The notes under the pieces: generated by a model
The model's input: only the letters and a program-made list of their open reading frames with translations
Database searches by the model: none
Told to the model about the DNA's origin: nothing
Made by a program: the position numbers and the translations under genes
Shown: positions 1-12,971 of the stretch, one piece after another
Numbering within the stretch: the first letter of the stretch is position 1
Layout: every line of letters starts with the position of its first letter
Assembly (NCBI RefSeq): GCF_027921745.1
Contig: NC_079240.1
Span: 682,001 to 746,000 of the forward strand
Origin: Schizosaccharomyces osmophilus
Taxonomy: Eukaryota
Length of the DNA: 64,000 bases
Direction of reading: 5' to 3'

Positions 1-274
1 CAATATTTATTTAACCAATAATTTCTATTAAATAGATTTAATTTATCAACTTATAACTGCAACAAATAATTTTAGAAAAAGTGACTTGATTATACTTTTC
101 AATGTTAACAACTCATTAAGAAAAGACACAAACAAAAGTAAAGAATATAAAACTAAAAGTAGTTAACTCTACATCTGAAACGAAAGTTAGACACTCATTG
201 ACTGGAATGCTTTTAAATGAAAGCATTCCACCAAAGTTTACAAAGACTCTTGCTAATTACAAAAATTGCATATC

Positions 275-1354
275 ATGAGCGGTTATGAAAATGCAGATGA
301 ATTACATGATCTTTTAAGAAAACAAACTACTGGTTTAGTGCATTTGGAAGATTATCGTCGAGTAAAGCAAGGGATAGCTGAAAAAAAAGAAAAGGACGCA
401 CTTTCACAAACAAATCAAAAGATGTATGAGTAAACAGCCAAATTAAATTCTTCGTAAACTATCAAGATGTGCTAACATAGTCTAGCAAAAAGAAAAAGGG
501 TGTCTTGGGCAAAAATGCGAAAAAACAATTTCAATTGAATAAGGGCAAATTGTCATTTGGGCAGGAAGAAAATGAAGAAGAAACGGGCGACGGATTAAAA
601 GAAATAATTATAAAGAAGAAACATCTTGGGAAGGATCCTACTGTTAATACTTCATTTTTGCCAGATGCTGAAAGGGAAGCTTTAGAAGAAGCAAAGAGAA
701 AAGAATACCGGAAACAGTGGTTAGAAGAACAAGAAAGAATCAAAGAGGAAGAAATCTTAATTCCTTTTTTGTTCTATGAAGGTTCCACTACTCGGTATAG
801 TGTTAAGATTCGTTTGAAAGATTCAGTTGGCCATATACTATCGAATATGAAAGATCAAATCCCCAGTTTAAAACGCGTTTTGGATATGGACAAGCTCCTT
901 TTAGTACAATCTGATTTAATTATTCCTCATGTACGTCAATTGACTAAATGCAGCTCGTTAACTTTTACAATATAGCATCACGAATTGTACTACTTTTATT
1001 TGAACAAAGTCCAAGGGCCCAACGGGTTGCTTTTCGAATTTGACTCTTTGCGATGCCAAAATTCAGAAATGGCAGCAACTCTGCAATTACCAGAAGTACG
1101 TATAAGCAATAATTGAATCTGAACTTTGAATCGTTTTGACTAATCTACTATAGAAAAAAATCCCTCATTTAATTCTCAAGTCGTTTTATATGGAATATAG
1201 ACATGTTTTTCCCTGCAACTGCTGGGAGATGTTTGATTCTAGAAAAGACGTAAGATCAATGGCTTCCTTTGAACGATTTTACTAATACATTTAGTATGCT
1301 TCGCAAAAAACAAAGGTCAATCCAAATGCTGCCTTGTTTTACAGAACAGAATGA
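275..1354 (+). CDS. xap5: XAP5/FAM50 family nuclear protein; exons 275-423, 486-930, 976-1095, 1154-1249, 1295-1354
   Basis: Family motifs TTGLVHLEDY, LGKDPTVNTSFLPDAERE and DLIIPHHH. Four GT-AG introns with branch sites join the exons in frame. Confidence 0.9.
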
Positions 1355-2141
1355 GGACTTTACGTATGAAGAAGATAAAGTTCCTTTTTAAGTAAACTAT
1401 TATTTATTGTGATTTTCTTGCGCTATATGCATAAAGCATCGGGCCGTTGAAGGATGGGGTAAAATCAAAACTAAATGAATTTATTGAAAGATCCCTGGAA
1501 CGAATAAACATAAACTAGATGGTACGAATGCTTCTAATTGAAATTGATAAAATGCGGTAAGTGCTTTCAATTGCTACATGAATTCTTGTAATGAGTAAGT
1601 ATGTGGATCCAGTTATAGAACGACCATCAATGAATTCTCTTGGTATTTCTGTTTGACCAAAACACATGACGAGCTTTTTGTGTTGATGAACCTGGCATAT
1701 CCTAGTCAAATGAAACAGAAATAAGATGAAGGAACAGTGAAAGGACTAGATCGAGTTACATTCAAATTAGAGCCGTAAAAACGACTGTTAGCTCTTGTAT
1801 TCATGATAATTTAACAAAAAAAAACGTGGTAAGCAACCCTTGATCAAAAAACCTTCGACATCCAGGACCGTATATTTTCTTTCAAGCCCAGCGATAAAAG
1901 GAAATACGTTATATAGTCAGAAATATTAGAATTAAATACTTACAGTCTTTTTATTCTTATAAACGCTTATCCGAAAGTCTTACGCTAGTGTGACTTTTGC
2001 GATATTGCAACTATGTAAACAAATATCATATTGCATAATTTCTCATAGTGATATCTGAGAAACCAACTGAATATGTCCCAACTCTACTACAGAACGATTA
2101 CAGCTTTGACAAAGTATCCTACCTAATTGCAGCTGGTTGAG

Positions 2142-2617
2142 ATGGAAAAGAACATCCAACCGTTCGTCACAGAAAGTGCGGTTCATAATGAGAGGGTAAG
2201 CTGTCAGTACAATTCATATTCGTTAACTCTCATTGATATAGGTGGTATCATTCATTAGAAATATGACATTAAGTGTTTTTGGCTGTTCTGCTGGAATTTT
2301 AGGGATAACCTCTTACCACGGTGTTTTGTTTTACCTCTTTAGCTACCTGTTTGTCTCGTTTCTCATTTTCATGATGAAGATGGGCGGTAATGTTCGTGAG
2401 TATTACCAACCAGGCCCTAACTTTTGGTATGCAAAAGTACTCGAAGGTGCTCCTTCATTTGTGCTTTTTTGGACTCTTTTTTACAGTCTCGTTTACGGTA
2501 CGTTTTCCGGCTATTGTCAATGGTTATGAAGTCCATATTAAAAGCCATATTCATTTTCTATCACCCTATGCATTGAATTGGTCATTTTAAGCTAACTATG
2601 ACTTAGTTTATGAATAG
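2142..2617 (+). CDS. emc6: ER membrane protein complex subunit 6; exons 2142-2195, 2242-2497, 2607-2617
   Basis: Hydrophobic GCSAGILGI...FVLFWTLFYSLVYVYE signature. Introns GTAAGC..TAG and GTACGT..CTAAC..TAG. Confidence 0.9.
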
Positions 2618-3248
2618 CTTCATCTCGAATGAATTAGTATGCATATTTTTATGATAAAATGCTTGGATACCTTCAATCCATATTTCATCAGACATATATT
2701 ATGGTCCACATGATTGATCCTCAAACAAGACGCATTCGATCTTTAGTTATATATCTTCCTTAGGAACCCCAGCTCTTGCTAATGTGTGTTGATTTTACTT
2801 GCATGGTCAATGATCGGTAATCATAAATCTCTCTACCTGTACATTTACTCATGGGATAACTAGATGAAACACTTACTAGAAGTAAAATTCAAAAGGAATC
2901 GTACAATTTCTATCGAATTTTGGATTGGATTAAATATTTCTATAATTAACATTATCTTAAAATACGATTAACCTCAAACACAATTTTCCTCCTATTATTG
3001 CTTTTGAAATAATCCTTTATGTTGGTTTTTCGTATAAGACAATAAAAAATAGTAAGACAGTGAGGAGGATTCATGAAAGTTCATTAATTTAAACAGCACC
3101 ATGAGAATTAACAAAGTTCCATTCAAAATAAATGGTTATAAACAGAAAAGAAATAATTGAAAACAAAGAATATGACATAATGCAGTAAAGTTATATATGA
3201 AAATCAACACCAATGGACTTTCATACTGTTCTTTTAAGACACATACCT

Positions 3249-5237
3249 CTACCGTTTGACATGAGGATATGGAGAGCCTTCAGGAGAAACGAGATTATGA
3301 AGGTGAGTAGGAGAACGAATCAACTTGTTATTTTGCATATGGCACATAGAGATATTAGCAACCCAGTCATCAGCGAACACACTATGGATATCATATCTTT
3401 TCTTAGGGTCCAATTCAAGCATATGCAACACGGCTGCGCGCGTATCACGAGGCAATAAGCGTAGTAACCTCCATGGTCCATACACTTCTTGTTTGCCACT
3501 GGCATGCACTTTATGTTCAGAAGAGTGTTGCTGTGCATTTGGCGCTTTGTAAGATGAGAGACCTGGGTCAACTAATCCTCTATCTTTTATCGTTTTTAGA
3601 GCTTCGTCTTCCGAAAAGTCTCCTTTTGTAGGAGGTATCATGCAAAACAGACGGAAGGAATTATCAGATAGTTTGGGATATTTCCAAGGAAATCTACGAA
3701 GAGCCATACAACAATATATTATGGCACAAGACCATATATCAACAGCACGAGGGTCATACAATTTTTTAGTTAACGTTTCCGGAGCAAGATATGGATCAGA
3801 ACCGACCACACCAGTTGCCTCCACGATGTCCGCTTCAAATGGATATTTATACACCACAGCACTTCCGAAATCGATGATTTTGACGCTACAATTTTCATCA
3901 ACAACGAGGTTGTCGAGCTTCAAATCACGATGGGCAAGGCCCATAGAATGCAAATAAGCGACACCAGATAGAAGTTGTTTAAAGCAGCAATAAATCTCGG
4001 GCAGTGCCATTTGTCCACTCATGACGATTGAGAACATATCGTAGGGTGCGTATTCCATAACTTCGTAGAATTTATTATTCTCCTCTATGATATCCAAAGT
4101 TTCAATGATATTTGTATGGTGAAGAGCACTACCCACACAAAACTCTGCGGTGACTTTTCTAGCATACTCGCGCTCTGACTCGGATGGTCTACGAGAACGG
4201 AATTCCTTGACGGCAAAAATTTTTGAATCGGAAGAACGCTTCATGATGCGAACAGAACCACCGGCGCCCGAGCCCAAGATACGACCAAATTTGCCATACT
4301 TTTTAAATAACCCGAAATGATCATCCTGAATACTACTGCTTGACTTTGATTTGGAGACACCCTTTTTATCGGACTTTTGGTTCGATTTAAAGAAACGACG
4401 CAAATCCAACGAACTGTGATGCTTTTCGTGCTTGTCGTGTTTATCGTGCTTATCATGCGAATGCAGCAAAGATTTTAAAGACAAGGAGCTTGAATTGGAA
4501 TGATTACCGTGATGATGATGATTGCTGTGATGATGCTTGTGGTCCGGTTTTTTGAATATAAACTGGGAGGGAATTTCGCGAGGATCACTTTTGATGGGAG
4601 CTCTACGGGTTCGACGATAAGGATCATTGGGATCGCCGATCAAATCCTCTGAAGAAGGAAATCCACGAACAAATCTGAAAGCACTGGGAGAAGAAGGCTT
4701 GGAATCCTGATGATGGTCGTCGGAATCTTCTTCGTTACTGGGCGACCCTGATTTAGAAAGAGGGTGAAGATACGGGGAAGTATTTTTAGGATGGAAAGCG
4801 GCAGAAGCCTGAGAGGAGATATGGTCGTCTTCATCGGCCTCATCGTCGGAAGGAATTTGGGAATTTGGAATGGAGATGGGTTCAAAATTTCTTGCAGCGG
4901 AAGATCGGTAACGGTCTTCAGCAAGTTTATGATCGACATAATCATTTACTTGGATAGGAGACTGAACGCGGGGCAAAGGATGACTGGGTTCATGGGAATG
5001 TTCCTGGTCTTCGTGAGGTAAGGGAGGAGCAGCGTCAACTTCTAACGCAAATTTTGGGCTCTCTTCTACATGGACCTTGTCTTGGAACGACTTCTCTAGA
5101 GGCGAAGATTCGTCTTTTTCACTTTGTTAGTATGATCAAGCACAATAACGAAAAGTAAAACTAAAACAGATATAAATCCACATACCAGATTGATTGTCCT
5201 GAAGAGAAAATTTTGGAGCAGAATGGAGTTCAGACAT
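3249..5237 (-). CDS. oca2: HAL/Npr1-family Ser/Thr kinase; exon 1 5237-5186, exon 2 5113-3249
   Basis: Kinase motifs GSGAGGSV, HRDLKLDN, DFG and GSDPYLAPE. The frame stays open upstream of the ORF-track start up to an intron (GTATGT..CTAAC..AAG). Synteny. Confidence 0.88.
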
Positions 5238-6711
5238 TTTGTAAGCAGCAATCATATATTTAGATGAATGGCAACAGCGAAAGAATACAAGGAGTCACTT
5301 GCAACAAAAGAAACTTATAAAAGCAGGAATCGAAAAAGAGAGAGAGAAACAGAAAAAAAATCAAAAAAAAAGCCAATGAAAATGGAAACCAAACTCAAAT
5401 AAATAAATAATAACAAAAAGAGGTTTTAACCAACAATTACTTTCAAAACACCCACGCACACAGATATCAACAAACAAACAAAACAAGAAAACAAAGCAGA
5501 CGTGTCCTGAATCTAAACAATGTACATCAACGCTTTTCAAGTCGTTTCACAAATCTGTTTTGGATAAATTCTCACAAAGCGTAAACAATTCTACAAGCAA
5601 GGAAAGACGTCAAAGGCTCCCCTAAATCTGAGGGATTGTTTAAAGAAAATCTTGGGGTTCAATTCACTTCAACAACGTCTACGAATCTTGGTTTTCTATA
5701 CAGGTACTGGGAAATTTCCCTATTTCTGCTATGAACTGTAAGAGTTTGGGAAAAGGAGAATTCAGTTACGTAGCAATTTTTGGGTAAATATAAGAGCCGG
5801 TGCGGCACCTATTGAGTTGATGAATGACGATCAACGTTTACACATATATAGCCCTTGAACGAATGATGTTGCTCGTTTAACAAAGGCAACCGAAGAGCCA
5901 TCGGCCGGCAATAAACCATCCAAATCGGCAGTCGAAGTTTCGGCAAACACAAGGTAACAAATGCGTTACCCCAGGAATCAACATTTTCCTGACAAAATAA
6001 ACAATGCCTTGAGAAAAAAACACAAAAACAAGAAAAGAAAAGAAAAGGAGACCGTACTTTTAAAGACGAAAGAACAGTTAAAAAAAACAACCAACGAAGT
6101 TTTAAGGGAATGGACGGTTTGTTTCTCTAACGGTTTTCTGATACCGTGGATCAATCAGCGTTAAAATCGATGGTAAACAAAACGAAAATTATACGCGACT
6201 ATTATTAAACTCTAGAAAAGCTTAGAAAGACATAATAAAGGGTTTCACCGTTAAATATGGTTTGTTTACATTTTTTGTTTGCTGCATTCGCAAGGGGCTT
6301 TCTTTTAAGTTCGCTCCTTCTCTTGTGGAGTTTGGTACCTGCCGTAACCCTCGGCAGTTGGCGGTAAAGTGGATGGCGATAAATACCGAGACGAAACTGG
6401 GGTTCGCCATTCCTTGGAAGGGATAGAACAACAAGCAGTATGGGGAAAACTGCTAGAAAGCGTTGTTTATTTACAAAGACGATGGCTTTTCAAATGTACT
6501 GATTGGGAAATATTTTTATATTGATTGGAGATTATTAATATGTATTAAAAATAATTACCCATTTTCAATGTGTCGATGTGTGACAGAAATCTTGTTTTCT
6601 TAATTGTCCCCTCCGTCCATCCAGGATGGACAAACCTGTGATCATACCTTGTGTATTCCATAACCCCCAAAACCCTAAACAATCCTGCGCTATCTAAGCA
6701 TTGTCCAAAAT

Positions 6712-8766
6712 TCAAGCAGCAATTCCTGAATCTGCCGTAGTCGCCGGCGTCGCCTCTGGTCGATTTCTATTCTTTTGCTTTCGCACAAATCGAACATCTT
6801 CAGGACTAAATCCTCCCTGGCCAAAATAGGCAAACTCTGGGGTGGGTGCAATGTATTCTAATGGATCAAATGCTTCTTTTGTACGCCATAACTCAAAAAA
6901 TTTCGCATAGTCAATGTGGGTGTACCATACATCGTCCTTTTTGAATTTCGTTTGTGCAACCAACAAACTGCAACTGTGAGCATGCTCCGCTGCAATTTCG
7001 TACTTGACACCCAGATCTCCCAAGTACTTGTCTATATTTTCAATCAACTTCTTGGTAAAGTCCACCACCTCTTCATAGTATGGTACGTTTTTCATCGTTA
7101 ACGGCGATTGGTCTGAGTTTCCACTGTAGGTAACTCCCTTAATCTCAATAAAACAGGGAACACCCAAGCGTATCAGTTCTGTGTATTCTTTGATTTGCTC
7201 CATGTTAAATCCCTTCACCAACGTCATTCTATACACCGTTCTTTGCTTCTTTTCGCGTAAAATCTCCAAACATGCCAGCAATCGTTCCCAAAAGTCTTTA
7301 AACAATGGCCGATCTACCGACTTGAGACTTTGTTTGGTGCTGGCATCAATCGACACATATAGTTGAGTCACCATTCCCATCTTCCGGAATGCTTCTGGGT
7401 GCTGTGCATTTGTGACAAGGAAGGAAGATATCTCGCGTTCGTGCAGCATTCCTACAAATTCATTTATATATGGGTAGAAAATGGGCTCGCCCACTAGCGA
7501 CAATGCACAATGCCTCACTCGAGAAGCTTCCGAAAAACGGTCTTGACGGACCCCCGGTACACCTCGCATCAATTTCAATTTCGCATAATGTGAATCGAGA
7601 ATTCCTTTCATAATTAACTCCGGAGGATCAACTTTCCAACGCCACTCCGTACCGACTGGATTTGTGCCGTGGCGCCAGCAAAATGTACACTTGTTCGCAC
7701 AAGCCAAACTGGGCGTAGCCTCCATACATAAATGACTACGGATACCATAAAAGCTGTATTTGTAGCAAAAACCGCGTCCACGCATTGCATTTTTCGTCCA
7801 TCGACAAATTTTGACACCACTGTGAGAACCAACAACACTATATCCCTGTTTTGTTAGTGACTTATAAGTAGGGGATACCGTCGAAACCATTTCCTTGGTA
7901 CCAACCGGCAACGAAGATTCTGTCTTGGCTTTCGCCATCATTGGACCCATATCCTCAACATCCATTACTTCGGAATTCCCTTCTCCTTCATCCATAGGGC
8001 GCAGCAATGTTCCTTTTTTCATATTTTCGATAACGGAATTTGTCCATTGAGTTAAGATGTCAATTTGTGTTGCTGGAGCTAACTGTGAATTTGTGACACC
8101 CATAGGAGCAATTCTTGAAGCACCAAGCTTGCTTAGCCATTTATCAGTTTGAATAGCTTGGTAGCAAAACATGTCACCAGGATAATTGTCCATATCACCG
8201 AGTCCAAACACAGCATATCCTGACATTTTTTCTAAGGGATTTTTTTGAACGCGAGAATCGTAAAACGTCTCACGTAACGTAGATAAATAGAAATCAATAC
8301 TACTTTCAATGGCATAAGAGGGTAGAATAATAAGATAAACGGCATTTTCCGGACAGTAAAGGAAATATTCCTCCAAATCAATATAGTCTAAACTTAGCAA
8401 TTGCAAGTCATCCCTTTGAAGATTCGTCGACAGTAATTTATGTACCTCACTTGCATATCGTTGAGCTGTCCCTCCTAAAGTAGCATAGAAGATGCAAATT
8501 GGCGAGTTTTGCAAATCAATTTCATTTTGAGAATTCGACTGAATAGGTCTACTCTTCATGTTCTTCCTAGTAAACCTTTTCATCTGTTTCTTTTGCTTAA
8601 CGTTCTCTTTTTCTTTTGGTATATTTTCTTCGCTTGAAACCGCCAATTGCCTCTTGTTTCGCGACAGCAGCATATGAGCTGCTACAGGCAAAAGGAGGAC
8701 TAAATAAAATAGCAGACCTCTATAAGTTCCCCATTTTTCTTCCAAATACGCAAGATCAAATCCCAT
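6712..8766 (-). CDS. tyw1: Radical SAM/flavodoxin wybutosine biosynthesis protein Tyw1
   Basis: N-terminal TM helix, flavodoxin motif FYATLGGTA, CANKCTFC (CX3CX2C), and GSHSGVKICRWTK. Confidence 0.95.
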   Translation of the reverse strand: MGFDLAYLEEKWGTYRGLLFYLVLLLPVAAHMLLSRNKRQLAVSSEENIPKEKENVKQKKQMKRFTRKNMKSRPIQSNSQNEIDLQNSPICIFYATLGGTAQRYASEVHKLLSTNLQRDDLQLLSLDYIDLEEYFLYCPENAVYLIILPSYAIESSIDFYLSTLRETFYDSRVQKNPLEKMSGYAVFGLGDMDNYPGDMFCYQAIQTDKWLSKLGASRIAPMGVTNSQLAPATQIDILTQWTNSVIENMKKGTLLRPMDEGEGNSEVMDVEDMGPMMAKAKTESSLPVGTKEMVSTVSPTYKSLTKQGYSVVGSHSGVKICRWTKNAMRGRGFCYKYSFYGIRSHLCMEATPSLACANKCTFCWRHGTNPVGTEWRWKVDPPELIMKGILDSHYAKLKLMRGVPGVRQDRFSEASRVRHCALSLVGEPIFYPYINEFVGMLHEREISSFLVTNAQHPEAFRKMGMVTQLYVSIDASTKQSLKSVDRPLFKDFWERLLACLEILREKKQRTVYRMTLVKGFNMEQIKEYTELIRLGVPCFIEIKGVTYSGNSDQSPLTMKNVPYYEEVVDFTKKLIENIDKYLGDLGVKYEIAAEHAHSCSLLVAQTKFKKDDVWYTHIDYAKFFELWRTKEAFDPLEYIAPTPEFAYFGQGGFSPEDVRFVRKQKNRNRPEATPATTADSGIAA

Positions 8767-9226
8767 GGTGTCTTTTTTTCCAGCGTCTTTGGTAGTTGGA
8801 AGAGGACAATTTCAACATGCCTTCAGAGGATACCGGCCAAAACAGTTTCTTGCCAATCAGAGGCAAGAGAACATGTATCTTTTCAATGAAAAGTAAAGTA
8901 TCGGGCTTTTCACTAATACTTAGGAATCTTCTTTTTCTTTTTGTTATGAATGAAAATTTGTCTTTCTAGACTGGTGTGTTTTCTGAAGTAAAAATCATTT
9001 TTATCTGATCTCCGTATAAGTTTCTTGAGTAGTTTCTATATTATTTTTCTATAAAATGATCAATAATTGTAAACCAGGAATCAAAAGGAATCGGAACAAA
9101 AACGTTTGATAGGAAGTTTGCAATTCAAAATATGTTTGATAGACGTAGATGGTATACAGTACAAGATAAATGAAAAACAATTGGAGCTCTATAACAGTAG
9201 CACGGTGCAAAGAATAAGAAAGAGAA

Positions 9227-10192
9227 TTACAGCTTGCGTAAGTCGACTTCCTTTAGTGATGAACACTTGATGATATCCTTGTCTGCGGCTTGCTCAGGAG
9301 ACAGAGAGAAAAAAGGGAGAAGCTTGGGATCAGGAACCCAAATTACTCTCATATTAGCAGCCCTTCCTGATTCAAGTCCCAGTATGGAGTCTTCAAAAAC
9401 AAGACAATCCCTTGCTTCAACCTCTGGTTCTCCCTTTGAACGGAGCTTTTCGTTTATGACTTCCAAAGCGATGAACCAGATGTCGGGGTTTGGCTTTCCA
9501 CGGCCAGGATGCAAACGATTGTCATCTCCTGTCACAATGTTGTTTTCAAAAAGCTGAAACATGTCTCCTAAATGGCCAGTTTTTCTTTCGAAATTGTAAG
9601 TATCACTAGAGGTAGCGAGTGCCACTGGAATATTAAGCGTTTTACATTGACGTAAAAGCTCTAATGCTCCAGGCAAAGGCTGAGTTTGTTTCCAAAGTTC
9701 AGATTGCAATTCACGCTGCATTTGAACGTATTGCTCGTAGGACAAGTCTAACTTGGACCATTCCAGAAAAATGTGACAAGCTTCTCGAGATGGTCGGCCT
9801 TGTTTTATGATGGTTAGTTGTGCCATGTATACAATGGTGTGCATACCCATCATTTGCGCCTTGATTTCCATGGGAAAAGAACCTTTTTGGTACCGTTCCA
9901 ATATGATGTCTTGAAGTAAGGATTAGTTTCGACGAGAAAGAAAAAGAAAATAGAAAAGGCGTACTTGTGCTTTTTGTGTAAATGGTCTCCGTGTCTAATA
10001 AAAGACCCTGTTCCTCGTTAGTATCCCATACTAAACCATGCAATCCATAGACCACCGTATGGAGAAAAAGCCAACAGTTTGTCCTTCATTAAAACCGGTT
10101 TGGTAAAACATATAATAACATGGAATTTCTCCAGTTTCTGGGGCTCAAATACTACTTACGTCCATATCGAATAGACAAGCTTTAGGAAGCAT
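9227..10192 (-). CDS. HAD-like hydrolase (pseudouridine-5'-phosphatase family); exons 10192-10160, 10007-9965, 9909-9847, 9798-9227
   Basis: Splicing reconstitutes motif I (CLFDMDGLLLDTE). Also [14 protein letters not shown] and CLVFEDS. Confidence 0.9.
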
Positions 10193-11999
10193 CTTGGCGT
10201 TTGAAGAGGGTTAAATTGAAATTTAAAATTTCTAAACCTATCGATCCAGAAATGGAAACTGTGGTCAAACTTGGAGAATTTCAATTTCAAGGCTTTGTGA
10301 TTTTTGGTCAGTCAAGATGTATACGTATGGGTAGTATAGATCCTTAAAGAAAAATAGGGATTCCATATTTGGTTGAAAGTTTTATTGAAAAAGATAACTT
10401 GATGAAACACAATTAAAGAGTTGTTGCTGAGATGAATTATTATTTGCTAAAAAAATTATCCTTTTTAGGAAAATTAAGTCAGCGCCAAATTGACCAAAGA
10501 GGAGATCATTCATGAAGAGAAAATCCCGAAAACAAGGATGTTGCATGTTGGTATTTTGCTTATAATTCCCTTTTATTCCCCCATGCGATCCACTTGAGAT
10601 ATTCAACAAAAACACTGGTTCGTGAAAGCGGACATTTCCAGTAGAAGATTCCATTGCTTCGCGACTTGTACCACTTGAGGTAATCTATGGCGATTGTGCT
10701 TTAGCCAAGAACTCTGAAATCGTTTTGAGCTGAAAGGCAGCACCTTCAATCCCTACAAGTCTTTTGTCACCAAGTTTTCCATCAAAGAAAACGTTTCCTC
10801 ACGAGTTTGATCTGATAAACTGATAAAATAGATCAGAGGAAAATGGGGTATGTCACAAAAATCACTTTGTGGAGTACGGGTAAAACCAATTGAAGATCCA
10901 CATCAAAGGCGTTTGTTTTATGTAAATTTCTTTTTTGTTTGACTTTCGAATTCAACGACCTCACCCAACGAAGTCTTTGGGGCAATGATTTACGAGAGCA
11001 AAACTTTGCCAACTAATTAATTTCCCTGTCATTGCTGAACGATAATTTCATTTCCCGCCCTTGTTGGCCGTACGAAAATCGAGAACGCATATAACCTTGT
11101 ATACTTGCTTGTTTTGTGAATGACAATTGGTATAACTTTTGGTTTTCTTTTACGTTTTTATTGACTCGATGGTAGCATTTGCATTCGTTTTATGCATGAA
11201 TACGCCGAGCACAATTTAATGAATCTTTTCTCTCCATCCATATGTAAAGGACTTTCCTATCAGATCAACATGTATGTTAGGTTGCTTTACAACAGAAAAA
11301 TATCAAGAAACAGTATACTATGGCGAGTTTCTTCTGACCTTCAAAAATTGATCTCACAGTATAGAAATAAAATTGACCCTTCTAGATCTAGAAACAATCA
11401 TAATAACTTTCGTCCCTATGCTGCAAGATTTTAATCCACTAGTCCTACAAGTCTTTCAGTTAAAGTGTCTTTAATGCCGAAAATCCCGTACTTTCCAAAC
11501 TGCTGCACACATTACATGGTTTCCTTCTTCAAGCCGGATGGACTTTCTATTTGACCATTTGGATTGTTTCTTTCCAAGTGGTCATTTCCTTTAATGATAG
11601 CAAGATCGATGCGCCAAACATTATGGGGAAACCGGAAAGTGACAAGCAAACCCAAAGGAAGGACAAAGGAAATGTTGCGGAATCATTATGGAAAATTCTA
11701 TGGCTTTTGTTTGTTCGCGCGAAGGTATAGTGGAGACATGATTTTACAAAAGCTCCCTCACCCTCCTTGAAATCCACTATCTTATATAATCTACTTAATG
11801 CGTACGAACCTACCATCTTCAATTACCCACCACATATAAAAAGGTAAGAATATCTGCAAGTAACTACGCGATTCATCGATTTTTTGATTGATTTTCTTTT
11901 TTTGCTGTAAGAGTTTTTGTCTTGAAATTAAGAAAATTCGCGTCAATTGTGCCATCTGAAACTAACCGATATATTTAGTTACAAAATCTTTTAGTAAAC

Positions 12000-12971
12000 A
12001 TGTCATCTTCTTTAGAACAACTCAAGAATACCGGAACCGTTGTCGTTTCTGACACTGGTGACTTTGAGTCCATCGCCAAATACAAGCCTGAAGATGCTAC
12101 TACCAACCCCTCTTTGATTTTGGCCGCCTCCAAGAAACCCCAATATGCTGCTCTTGTCGACGCCGCCGTCGAATATTCGAAGAAGAAGGGTGGTTCTCTC
12201 GAGGAAAGAATTGAAAACGCTTTTGACCGTCTTCTCATTGAGTTCGGTACCAAGATTCTTGCCATCGTCCCCGGCCGTGTTTCCACTGAAGTTGATGCTC
12301 GCTTTTCTTTCGATACCAAGACTACCATCGAAAAGGCCCATCAATTGATTAAGCTTTACGAAGAAGAAGGTATCAAGCGTGAACGTGTTTTGATCAAGAT
12401 TGCTTCCACCTATGAGGGTATCCAAGCCGCTAAGCAGTTGGAACAAGAAGGTATCCACTGCAACTTGACCCTCCTTTTCTCCTTCGTCCAAGCTGTCGCT
12501 TGTGCTGAAGCCAACGTTACCCTCATTTCTCCTTTCGTTGGCCGTATCCTTGATTTCTTCAAGGCCAAGAACAACCGTGATTACGCTCCTCACGAAGATC
12601 CTGGTGTCCTTAGTGTCAGCCAAATCTACAACTACTACAAGAAATACAACTACAAGACCATTGTCATGGGTGCTTCCTTCCGTAACATCGGTGAGATCCA
12701 GGAGCTTGCTGGTGTCGATTTCTTGACTATCTCTCCCGCTCTTCTTGAACAACTGAATAACAGCCAAGAGCCTGTTCCCAAGAAGCTTGATGCCTCTCAA
12801 GCTCATGGTCTTGACATTGAAAAGGTCTCTTTCCTTAACGACGAGTCCAAGTTCCGTTTCAACTTTAACAACGATGAAATGGCCGTCAGCAAGTTAGCTA
12901 CCGGTATCAGTGCCTTCGCCAAGGATGCCGATACTCTTCGTGGTCTTTTGAAGGAAAAGCTCCAAGCTTAA
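12000..12971 (+). CDS. tal1: Transaldolase
   Basis: DATTNPSLI and LIKIASTYEGI (Schiff-base Lys). Strong high-expression codon bias. Confidence 0.98.
   Translation: MSSSLEQLKNTGTVVVSDTGDFESIAKYKPEDATTNPSLILAASKKPQYAALVDAAVEYSKKKGGSLEERIENAFDRLLIEFGTKILAIVPGRVSTEVDARFSFDTKTTIEKAHQLIKLYEEEGIKRERVLIKIASTYEGIQAAKQLEQEGIHCNLTLLFSFVQAVACAEANVTLISPFVGRILDFFKAKNNRDYAPHEDPGVLSVSQIYNYYKKYNYKTIVMGASFRNIGEIQELAGVDFLTISPALLEQLNNSQEPVPKKLDASQAHGLDIEKVSFLNDESKFRFNFNNDEMAVSKLATGISAFAKDADTLRGLLKEKLQA

Noticed and set aside
1400..2100. Possible snoRNA or small gene between xap5 and emc6
   Set aside because: No convincing C/D box pair with a guide, and no consistent spliced ORF.
5809..6434. Short ORFs upstream of oca2 as gnr1 remnants
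   Set aside because: They are low-complexity F/K-rich translations of A/T tracts with no WD signature.
12012..12806. 264-aa antisense ORF over tal1
   Set aside because: Shadow ORF produced by the strong codon bias of tal1.
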